Positions 44,801-56,900 of a stretch of DNA of 64,000 bases are shown piece by piece. Positions within the stretch are counted from its first letter, which is position 1, and each line of letters opens with the position of its first letter. The stretch is from Auanema rhodensis (taxonomy: Eukaryota > Animalia > Nematoda): assembly GCA_964057225.1 (NCBI GenBank), contig OZ059899.1:5022001-5086000 (forward strand). The letters are read 5' to 3'. The notes beneath the pieces were generated by a model. It saw only the letters and a program-made list of their open reading frames with translations, was not told where the DNA came from and made no database searches. A program made the translations under genes and the position numbers.

Positions 44801-47800
44801 TAATCAATGTTATAATTAAATTTTTATTTAATAAACAAAAATAAATAATAATAATAAAATATTATTTTATATATTATATACTATATGGATATATATATAT
44901 AAAAAATTTGAATTATTTTGTTGAAATATTTGAATTACGTAGAAATGAATCAAAACTGTTCCAAAATGGATTTTGTGCAGCATCACTATGCAAAAATATA
45001 ATTGAAATATGGGAAATCACATAAATAAATATGAAAAATAATTTTTTTCTTTATTACAAAAAGAAAAAAAATATAAAAACAATATATTTTACATATACAA
45101 ATATTTTTACAAAAATATTTTTATTTATTTTTTATTTAGGGGTTTAATATATTTTTATTTTATTTTCAGAATGATTATATATTATTATTATTACCAAATA
45201 TAGTTCAATTACCTTTGATTATTCTAGCTGCTGATTGTCTTCAACTAATTCCTATTTTGGTGGTAAATATGAAAAACATTTCTACTTTTCATCTAATTTT
45301 CAATTAATCTTCAACAGAATCCATCAGATATACGAATGGAAAAGACTTTAAATGAAATATTTTCAACGAAAAAAATTAAATTAATTATAACATTGGATGG
45401 ATATTGGCAAGCAGATCATTTACATCGAACTAAAGAAAATTTGGATCAAATTCTACAGAAAACAGTAAACATTTTCTTTTTTTTTCTTGTATTTCCACAT
45501 TTCTCTTTCTTGCTTTTTTCTCTAAATTTTTTTTTAAGAAATATGAGATTAATCATGTGTTAGTGATTCGCCATTGTGCCCCAAATGATGGTATACCAAC
45601 TCCAGATGTGGAATATCCTGGACGTCGTCCATCCTATCAGTTAAAGGTCTGGAATGAAAAAAATGTTATTTGATTTATTCACATGAAATGCATATATAAA
45701 GATGATAGAACAAAAAAAAAGATGAGGATTAATGATGAAAGGAAAAACTTTTCCAGAATTTTGAAAAATTTTTATTTTCAGTTTTCTTTAATGGATGGTC
45801 GTGATGAGGAGTGGAGTCAACTATTTCGGCAGATTTCTGGTTCAAACGAAGAAGTTTTAGATTTTCTCAAAAACTTGAATGGTTTTAATGGAATTGATAA
45901 GCTGAATTGTTCTTCCGAAGCTCAAAGCATTAATAGAATTTCAATAATATTACCAGTATGGTATGAGTTTAAAGATATATTTTTCTTTAAAATATTTGAT
46001 ATAACTATATATTTTTATTCAAATTATTCTTTAATATTCTTTTATTTCTTTATATTAGTTAAATTTGGAACAAAGATTTTGAATGTGTATGTATTGACTC
46101 AATGCCATTACGACATTATGATTGAAAATTGGAAAAAATTTTTCCGGAAATGGTATTGCTATTCTTTTCCATGAAATTTGATCGAAAATGATTTTGTTAG
46201 GAAAACCTATGGCCTTTTCTTCATCCACATTCACCTATTTTCACACAAATTCTTATTTCGAATGAAAAAAATCCGGGTAGGGAAGGGTGGGTTTGAGGAA
46301 GACCTAACATCATCAAAGTCTCGCTCTGATCTTTAGTTCTAAAAAGAAAAATTGGGTCTAAAAGCGGAAAAAGCTGATATACTTAGCCGTGCTGGGCAGC
46401 TAAGTCTTCCCAGGCCGGCCATGTTCGGCTTTTCGTGTCTGGTTGTGAGTCTATATATTGTCTGATGGCGATTGCTATTCCTACATATATTTCTTGGGTA
46501 TATGTGCTGCAAGCCATTCTAGCTTCTCTGACTCACTCAGCGAACACCAAATAATGTTCGTTCAAGCAGCCAATTCGTTACCCATCCAGACATGCACATT
46601 CTCCCTCAACATATCCCTCTATCTCCCCTATCCTTTCTTATCCTTTCTTCGTCTCTCCCCTCTGACACACACACACTCTCTCTCTTTCTTTCTCTGCTCT
46701 TTTTTTATATTTTCTTCCATTTCCCTCTCTCTCTCACTCTCTCTCTCTCTATCCCCTTTTTCCCTCTTTCTCTTTTCAAATTATTTTTTTCCCTTCAAGA
46801 TCTTCTGTTCCCTCTTTTACTATCTTCGTTTCTCTTTGCTTTCTCTGCATCACATTTTCACATCGGTCTCTTTCTTCTTCTATTTCTCTGCAAAATTCCG
46901 AATAAAACCCAAGCAATTTTAAACCATTGGTCATCATTTCCTTCATCTGCCTATCCCTTTTCCTTCTTCATCTTCTTCGTCTCTTCTCTCCTATCCTCCC
47001 CTCTCCTATTTTTCCCTCTATGTTCCTGTTCTGGAGCTCCTTTGAACATGACGTCATTTCAACAGGAATCGACAAATTTTTGAGCTAAGTTTTTGTCAAC
47101 AAACTAGAACATGCTCAGAATATCTATAAGTGAGCTCAGAAACACAAAGGAAGGAAGACAAGTGATTAAAAACATATTTAAAGAAAAAATTGTTAATTTA
47201 ACATAAAAAATACAAATTATTTATTTATTTAAAATATTTATATTTTTATATTTCAGGTATAAAACAAGTTTTAAACTACAATTTATAACAATTAATGATT
47301 TATTTCAAGCTTTAGGTTAATTTTTAAAATTTTAAAATTTAAAAAAAATTAAAATTATAGAAAGAATTACCAAACGTATCAAAGTTACAAATGAATCAAT
47401 AATATTGAATCTTGGACATCCAGCTGAATCATTTTATAATTTTATAACTTTACTATTTCCATGGTATTCAGGAAATGCTCTTGTTCAGGTTATAATTCAA
47501 TTTCAAAAAATATTTTTTTGAATGAGAGATCTGAGAATCCTTTTTCCCTTCTTTACCTCATCTTATGCCTAGAATATATGATGAAAGATTTGGAGAGAAG
47601 ATAGAGAAAAACAAGGAGAGAGAGAGAGAGAGAGTAAGTGAAATGAAGAAAAAAACACGATACAGTAGAAGTATAGAAAATGAATGTTAAAGAGATAAAA
47701 AGAAATGCCGATAGAAGAAACGATGAAAATGCTATAAATTCAGTCGTCTGAAAGATAAACTAGAGACCTCCCTGTTAGAAAAGTAACTTGATGCTGCTGT

Positions 47801-50800
47801 CGTTAGACGACGTTAACTGCTTTGTCGTCGTGTCTTAAGAGACTTTGAATAAGATGTTTACGAACGTGAGACGTCGTTTATATCACCTTGAATATGTCAA
47901 CGATGACAATGATGAGTTTATCGGATATTGAATGGTATCGTTGAAAGAATAACTTGACTTTATTTCCAAAAATTATAAATTCAGACTAAAAGATAAAAAA
48001 AACAAAAAATCTTTATGTTGTAACTCAAATATGATCATTTATCTAAAACAAAAGTAATTAATCTTATTGCCAACATCAACAAAAACTTCGCAAAATATTC
48101 AACTAAATCATCTAATCTGTATTGTATAGCTGCTGTCATCTCTTCTTTTGAAACCTCAACGACGACATACTACTCTTTGCTCGTTTTCTCCAAACTCTTT
48201 GATATTTGCCGTCGTCTAGAATACATTTTGCGTCTTTCGCTTACTCCTATCTAATCGTCGTTAATCGAACTCCTGATTCATAGCCAACATACACACAGGC
48301 ACAAAGCCATACAGACACATACATATACACACATACACGCGCGTACTCACATAGAACGATGAATTCTGACAGTCGTTGACGGATGACAAGGACAAGAGAA
48401 AACGTAACGAGGGAAATAAAAGATAAAGAGAGCATTCCATACCATATAGAATAAATTTTAGCATTAAATATACATTAATGAGTCATTTTTAATCCTTATA
48501 AATGACTTTTTTGAATTAAAGTTCAAGCGAACGATTATTGGTCTTATTGTTCAACTTCATTCAGTCTCTTCTTTGCACTTCTTTCTTTTTTTTCCTGAAT
48601 TATCCATTTAATTACTGTCGTATTGTAGACATTTAATTTGTTTCAAGTCATTTTCCGGGTGAATGCAACTGTGTTCGGCTTCGTGGTTATTTCGAGGTTG
48701 AGCTCATACACACCTCATCGGATCCCTTGGAACGACCACACACACAAAACGATGACAATCTCTCTTTTGCCAGATATGTCTGAATACTGCAGGCCAAATA
48801 TAGATGTGAGAGAACTAAAGAGAGAAAGATCAAGGGAATAGAAGAGATAGAGAGATAGCGAGCAGCAAGACCAGAATAGTCGGAACGTACGACATGTGGT
48901 GAATGACATTCTGAAGGCCAACAACCCGTGTGTTGGGGGCCATCTACTCTAGGTGTCGCTCTTCTGTTTTTGCCTTGTTCGGCCGTCTCTCATCTACTTC
49001 TACTCGAGAAGAAGATGATGATGATGACGATTGAGATGTCGTTGCCCTTTGTCAACGTTGCCGTCAGAATTTCAATTACAAGGCTTTACTTTTCGATAAT
49101 GTGTTTAAGATACAGTCAAAGCTCATGGACGATAAGAATAAAAAAAAGTTTTTGTTTCGTATTATCAGATCAGAATGAAGAAACAAAGACAATTTCCCTC
49201 TTACTGTCTTCAATCGCTTTTTCATCTATGAATTCATATGTTCCAACGGCCTCTCCCTTCGCATCAACTGGCTTGTTTCTTTTTTCTGTTTGGTCCCATC
49301 AATATCAGAGATAATCGGGAAAACTCATTGAAATTGAACCAACATTAAGAAAAACATTTATTCCTCTATCTCATTCTTTTTCTATTCAGTCTGAATTCTC
49401 AAGTTGAGAACAACTAAAGAATGAGTGACAAAGACCAGCTTCATGACTGACCCTATATTCTTCCCCCTCCTCCTCCCCCACTCTATCTCTTCTTGCAGCC
49501 TACAATCTTTCTGCTTCTGAAGGAACACATTTGATCTGAGTATAAGTACATATTATGAAATTGTATTGAGTTATGTGTAAAACAGATGAAGAGAATATAA
49601 AAATGTCTGATGAAGATGAAGAAAAAGAAGATGGAAGAGTAGAAAAAGAGTAGGATGAGGAAGAAAGAAAAAATAGGAAGGGAGAAGCGGTAAAGGTTGA
49701 GTTATTGAACAACGACAAAGCAAAAAGAATACAAGATGGTGCCAACCAATAGTAAAGAAAGAGAGTGAGTGTGGAGAAACAAAGAATGATGAAAGGAATT
49801 GTAAAAGAATCAGGAATATAGATGACTGACGAGACTTTTGAGAGAATAGTACAACAATTTATGAAAATACTTTTATATCCCACAGGAATAACATAAACTT
49901 TTGCTTGTTCAATCAGTTAGTTTCCAAAGCAAAAAAACTTGATGACATCATTTCCGCTGTTTCTGTCATATCACAAACCATCCCTGATATGTCATATATA
50001 TCTTATATTTAATTATTTATGATAGATTATACGAATATTTAAGATGACAATCTATCAGAAACGGAAAAATAAAATTGTACTTTCTCAGGCGTTTGTCGTT
50101 AAGTACAAATTGTCTCTAGAAGGACAATGATGTGGTCAATTGACCACATAGTTTATAAAAAATTTTAAATATTATGAATTGAAATTGAAATTAAAAGAGA
50201 CATAGACATAGATATATTGAGATAGAGAGAAATGAGAAAGAGACATAAATATACATAGATCTTACACTTTTCCATCTCTCCTTCTTTTCAACACTTTGTT
50301 CTTTCTTTTTTCTTGTGTCCCATTTTACCAATAACAGCTTCATCATAAGCTGTATGTCGTTTCCCTCTCTCAAAATTTGGGATGAAAGATTTCTGAGTAG
50401 TTAATCCAAAGCTAGGTGTGGCAGGAGAATGAGGAAGATAAATGTACTACAATGAATTGGTATTTTTATTGAAACATTAAATAATTGTAGGAGCTATAGA
50501 TACCTCATACATCTCTTTTTTTCGTTTTTCATTTTTTTTCAGTTCGAAGGGCATTTCTCGTTCCCAGATCCTTCACGTATCAGTCATATCATTCAGAAAT
50601 ATCATGTATGTTACAAGTTGCAATGACTACCTTTGGCATTTTGTTTATCAAAGTTCATGTTATAGGTTGACATTTTACTTCTGTCACATGATATATCATT
50701 GGATCCAAACTATCTTAGCATAGTTCCAACTCCTACACTCCAGTATATACTCGTCGGGAATGCATCAAATCACATCGAGCATGGTGTTGATGTTAAGCAA

Positions 50801-50917
50801 GATGCTGAAGACAGGGATGATTTTTCTGCGAACGATGACGTGTATCAAATGCAACTCCAAGTGCAGATTCTTCAATCAGTTTATGATAATACCAATATTG
50901 AAACGATTAATATGTAA
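41818..50917 (+). CDS. Divergent, truncated acetyl-CoA-synthetase-like pseudoenzyme (10 exons, about 408 aa)
   Basis: Exons 41818-41903, 43426-43537, 45170-45262, 45318-45464, 45539-45646, 45782-45960, 47257-47315, 47361-47488, 50543-50605, 50666-50917 splice in frame (1227 nt). Colinear with ACS-19: AALIWEGN~[22 protein letters not shown]~[24 protein letters not shown]~[31 protein letters not shown]~[21 protein letters not shown]. The P-loop and C-terminal motifs are missing. Confidence 0.8.
46364..46436. ncRNA. Candidate small hairpin RNA (pre-miRNA-like or Pol III type) inside the ACS-like gene intron
   Basis: GC-rich imperfect fold-back of about 70 nt (GAAAAAGCTGA..GCCGTGCTGGG / CCCAGGCCGGC..TCGGCTTTTC) in an AT-rich intron. 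On the minus strand a TATATA box (46457-46452) precedes it and it ends in T5. Confidence 0.4.
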
Positions 50918-51108
50918 ACTTAGCCATAATTCGCTTGTATATGAAATGAAAACAATACTTAATTCTTAATATTTATATATTTATATATATTAATATATAT
51001 AAAGCAAAAACAACTTAAGATTACAAACAAGTTACGAGTGGGATAGGTAGGTATGGGTCGGTTGATCTAAGGATTCAGAAGTATAATAAATGAGGGAAAG
51101 GAAAGGAA

Positions 51109-51154
51109 GGGGGGGGGGGGGTAAAAAAGGAATCGGGACGGGTCTGGGAATGGG
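51109..51154 (+). other. G13 tract plus G-quadruplex motif
   Basis: G13 at 51109-51121 and GGG-AC-GGG-TCT-GGG-AAT-GGG at 51135-51154, between the convergent ACS-like and ncl-1 3' ends. Confidence 0.75.
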
Positions 51155-53961
51155 AAAGGCGGATTCGGGACAAGGAAAAGAACAGGCGGCAGAATAGGGC
51201 TAGGGGAATAATGAGTCTTTGAAACTTCCTATACAGAGTTTTGGGCCAATTTTATAATAACGAATTTAATAGAAAAAAAACATATTTAAGAAAAAAATAA
51301 AAAAGGGACACTTTAACTGACAATGAAAGACCGGGGAAAGTGTTGAGGGCCGTAAGCCGAGACTGGTTGAAATTTCGAATGACCTCATTTTTCTCGAGAA
51401 AAAAATGAAGTCGACTTTGGATTTCCCTAGATTAGTTCTCAAAAAATCACAGGACTTCACAAAAGACGAGAAGAAGGTCAGCACAGCGCAAAGTTCCGTA
51501 GTTCATATGAAAGGCAAAAAAAAAACAAAAAGATGTGGCACGATTCTAGTAAATATTCTCATAAACTGAACAGTTCATGATCAAGAAATTTGACAAAAAA
51601 AAATTAAGTAAAAAATTGAAAAAAGCTAAAAAGATTGAAAAAAGAATAAAATCATTCATAACAAAGTTTTTGAAATGATCTTGTTCCAAAAACTTCCAGC
51701 TTCTTGAACTTTTGATGTTTTTTTGAAAACTAATTCAGTTTCTTTAAAGAATCACAAATGACGACAGTATAAAGCGAAAAAGAGAGGAAATAAATATGAA
51801 GGTTTTTCAATTTCAGCTCACTCTTTTTCACTTTCTAACTGTTACACTATGTTGGAATATTATTTTTTTCATTATGAATTGCCACATCTTTACTGCAACG
51901 AACACTATGTAAATATTTCAAATGGGTTACAATGTTTCTCTTTGCTAATTATGAATATGAATGCAACTTTCATATTTTATATCCGAAAACGTTTGTCGCA
52001 GTTGCGTTTTCATCCAGCATAATACGTCATAGATGGAGAGAACAAACACAGCCGTCACGCTCTGAAGTCCAACTAGTTGCCACATCTTATTCAATGTGGC
52101 GTAGTCAGTGACGTAAACTTGATATCATGACGAAGGTGAATGAATATGACCAGAGGTAATAACATCTCTGATGCAATGTAGACGTCAGCGATGAAGCTGA
52201 GGATAAGAGTTGATTGCATTACAAACTACAGAAGAGTAACAGGAACGTTTTGGTTCTTATTCTTTTTTTTCAACAACAAATGTAACCGAATAATTCCACA
52301 CCATATATATTCATATTAAATACATATATAAGTATATATATTCATAAATAAATATATATAAATATATATAGTACATCATAATTGAAATATGCTAAACGAA
52401 CTACAAAAGCTTATTTAATTACGAAAAAAGAAAGAGAAACATAGAAAGAAACTGGATATGACTACGGAATATTGCCACAGCTTACACCGAGAGGGAGAGT
52501 ACGCAGACACACTCACTAGTCATATTACGAACTTTTACCACTGGCCGGCAGTCGCACACACTAACAAATGAAAACCAACAGAGAGATGCAACAAGATGTG
52601 GGGACGCTCAACGTCCCACGACTAAGCACCCAAGCGCGCCTAACTTCGTATACATTATTACAAACAACGAGAGGACAACGTTAAAATAAATATGTTGTAT
52701 ATGTGCATTTTACAAGTGCTTAACAGAGAATGGGATGGTGCCCGCGATAACAAAAACGGAAAGGGTAAAACGTATATATATCGACATTTTTTGAATGGGG
52801 TAAGACTTTAACCGGGGGAGGGGGCTAATTTTCTTTTTTTTGCATATTGGCGGGTGTAGGTATAGCGGTGATGGTATGATGGTCGTGTGTTTAAGAGCTG
52901 TTGGATAATGACGGGGAAGTGGAGGCGAAAAAAGAGCTTTGGGGCTGGGAAGATAACTAACACGATGAGGGGTATAGGATGGCTTACGAGGCTTCGACCA
53001 ACACCAGCAAGCTATTCAAGTGCAGAAAAATCACTGAACTTCCTGCTGGCATGCAAAAGAAGCTGGATGTTTTGTAAAGGGGAATGCGCAGAATTCCCAA
53101 ACACACAAGACATTATAAGGGTTCAAAAACGAAACTCGACATTATCAAGACGAGAATGCTATTGTGGGTCGTAGAAAGATGGAGAAACAAAGCGAGAGCT
53201 GCTCTCTGCCAAATTAAACAAAAAAAGAAAAGAATAAATACTCAAAGTGGCAGAGCAAGAGACATGTCGCCAGCGACAGCTCATCAGCTCAAATAAAACG
53301 CTCATTAGTCGTTCGATTAGGTGCAATTCGCGAAATTACAAGAAAAATGAAAGGGTAATAAAACAGTTACAATAGCAATCCAGGCTTTCAAATATATCGA
53401 ATATACATAGGCAAAGAAACCCTAAGAACATGACCCTAATGGTCCTACCACACGCACAAGAGTTAAAAATTTGAATAGAAAGAGCTAATAACCAACCAAG
53501 AAACTGTAACAAACTGGGGGCAAACAACAGAAGGGGTGAACACAACAAGGCGCAGCCTGGCGCGTCTTCTAAATGAATGGAGAGCCGCCGGTAGTCGCCG
53601 TAAAAAACGCTACACGGCGCCGGTCCAGCCGGCGTGCTAGCAGCTACTGGGGCCACGAGCGAGCAAGAAAAGCTGCAGAGGCACAACAAATAGATAAGGA
53701 AGTTAACCAGTATAACAGACGACATGTAATCATCCTAGAAGGGAGGATTTTTGAAGAACTGAAAAGGTAAGAGCACCCATCCATTCTACAAAAATACAAC
53801 CTTAGCATGAAAAGGATGATACTAACTAGTAGTAATAGCAAAAAAAATTGAATGTAGATGTAATTGTTGATGCAGAAAAAATGATGTAAAGTAGTAGTAG
53901 TAGCAGTAGCGCGGTAGACAACGGCGACGGATCGGATCCGGAAAAGGCTTACGTTAGCAGC

Positions 53962-56900
53962 TTAAATGGATGCTGCTAGAGCAGCGGCAGCATTAGCGGA
54001 AGTTGAATGAGCTTGCTGCTGGAAGCAATACAAGTAGAGACGATAGTCCTTGGAGGCCAGCACCACAGAGCCATCGTCTACAAGTGCTACATCAAAGCAT
54101 TGGGCATGCTTGACTTTCGATTCGAGCGCACCGATCATGGTTCCGTCCTGCAAAGATAAAACTTAAAAACATCAAAAAAAACTTTGATTTCTAGACATAA
54201 AGAATATTTTCATGGGTAATTTAGATTAGAGAAGTAGATAACAGCAAAACATGAAAGACAGTGAACCACATCAAAAAGAAATGATAATAAATTGCTGAAA
54301 TGTGACATCATGGACAGTCATGTTGAACATTATGTCAAAACCAGAATTACTGAATTCAGTCATCCAGTATTTAACAATAGACTTTTTCTATTCTCTCTTA
54401 GGCAATTATCAAATATGACCATCATTAATGCAACTGTTCAGCCATTCACTCAGATTTGCCAAGGCTACATAAAAACATAAAAGATAGGTGCTAGTTAAAG
54501 AATATCTCTTATACATAAATGTATGATGGTATATCAATTATACATCTGCCTCAGTCTCGATCATATAGGAATTGATCGAAAAAAAGCGAAAAGGATCAAA
54601 TCTATCTAATATGGCTTGACATATGTTGATTTTCTAGTTTATATTAGATCGATTGATTGCCATTAACGGAATATCTATTTCCGTTAAGTTACCGATGAAA
54701 CAGAAATGAAGTGAAAATATCCGGGAATATAATAATATGAATTGATAACTTGCCTGCGAGAACACAGTGAGATTGAAATTGTTATGATTGTCAGCAACCA
54801 CAACATCTCCCATAGAATTAATTCCAACACCGATTGGGTAATTTGTCACTCCTTCACCACCGATCTGACGTAAATAATGTCCATCATAGGAGAAGACCTA
54901 AATCAATCAATTAAATATCCAATCTCATCTAAAAATGTGAACCTTGATGCAATGAGCACGATTATCAGAAATGAGAATTTCGTTCTTGTCATTAGTGCAA
55001 ACGCCATTGGGGAACTCTAGGTAACGAGAGCAGCTGAATTTTTGGAGGACACAACCCATCATATCGAAGATGATGACCCGCATCACCTGAAAAAAATTAC
55101 TTAAAATTATAATGTATTTTGATTCAAGAATTATGGTCATCTAATATTTTGGCACTTTCGATACTTTGCCTAGCTTGTTATAATGTTTAGCAAAAGCAGC
55201 ATTTTCAATGTGGATTATTGAACAGACTCAGCAACGCCCAGAGGCAGACAACGGGCGTACAGAGATATAACGAACAAATGATAGCGAAGAGAGTACTAGC
55301 ATTGTATGAAAGCAGACACGCAGCGAGGGCAAAGTCATCTTGATGCAAACTTTGCTCAAAGTGGTTCCTTTGGCAATAAGGCAAAACGTATGAAGCGGAG
55401 GAACGAATAGAACGTTTGGAAATGTGCTTACCTTGCATTCAACAACGATAATACGTCCTTGGCTATCAACGCAGACTCCACGAGGATGTTGAAGAATGTT
55501 AGCTCCAAACTTGCGCATAAATTGACCATACTGGTTATAAACTTGAATCTGGTGAGTTGGTGAACGTTCAGTGACAACAAAGTCTCCAGTCATTTTGTTA
55601 ACAGCAACTCTGCAAGAGTGATATCAGTTAAATTTTAAGAAAATTTGGTATAAATTGTAAAGACTCAATAGCTCACCTGTTGGGATAAAGCAACTGTCCG
55701 TCACGTTTTCCACACTCTCCGAATTGGAAATTGAAGCGCCCTTCCTTATCAAAAACCTGAAAAAAAAACATTGATACACTTATAATTTAAATTAGCAAGT
55801 GTACTTGAATACGATGGTTGTTTGTGTCAGCAACAATTATATCTCCTTGAGCATTTACAGCTACACCAGAAGGCTCAGTGAACTGCCCTTCCATGACACC
55901 GAATTCTCCGAATTTACAGTGGTAAACCATCTTCTGGCGTTTGATTTGAGAGCGACTGGAAATAAATACGTTAGAAAATCCGAGGCTCATATTTCTCATT
56001 CTACGAATTTATAGAATTGAAACAATTCTCTTTTTTTTTAGCCAATTTCTTACATTCGCAGTCGCAAAATGCTTAGTATATTTTGGAAAAAAAGGGACTG
56101 CTGCCTCCAATGATCAATAAGCACTTTTAGTACGCAAAAAAGTGTACGGGGAGCTTTTTTATTAAATGTTCACAGAAAAAGAGCGTTTTCTTAAAGGTTA
56201 TGTAAGCAAACGAATTATATTGAAAGAAATTTCGCTCTGTACGAACTCGATTTAACCAAACGCTTACCTTGGAGTGAAAAGAGCGTCATTCTTAGCATCT
56301 TCGGTTGTAGTAGACTCAATGAGTCCGAGACTGGGCTCAACGCCAATTGACCATTTATCGTATTGGTTGAAAGCCTATAATATTGTTATACAAACTATAA
56401 AAACTAGAAATGATCTTACATCGTTAAATTGACCAAGCGATTGGCTGGATCCTCCGAAGTCATTCTTGGGGTTAAGAAGATTAGAATCAGAAAATGGAGC
56501 AATAGAATTCATTGTAGGCACTGAGTGAGCTAAAGGTGGAGAGCGACCAAGCATCTAGAAAATAATAGATGATCCATAGTTGATTAAATCATTGAACATA
56601 CCTGACGACTGGGTGGTCGTCCGATGGGAGTTGGTGGCATACCCGTTTGGGCCGATGACACAATTCCAGACCAGTCGGCAGTAGCACGAACCTGGCCCAT
56701 TAAAGCTTGAATCGATTGCTTTGCTTGTGAGCAATTAACAGGTGGAACTTCAATGTCAACAGGGGAAGATAATGCATTTGACACCTAAAAAAGAGCTTCA
56801 TAGATAATTAAATTGGCGAAAAACACTTACATCAGGATTATATTGAAGGAAACACCGAAGACGAGTCTCTAAGAGCTGTTTGAAAAGAAGTACTTCTGTG

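Noticed and set aside
46458-47083. Two long Phe/Leu/Ser-rich ORFs of 154 and 163 aa
   Set aside because: They come from a CT-rich low-complexity intronic tract that lacks stop codons by composition.
52887-53841. ORFs downstream of the ncl-1 stop on both strands
   Set aside because: No recognisable domains or consistent splice pattern; better explained as 3' UTR.
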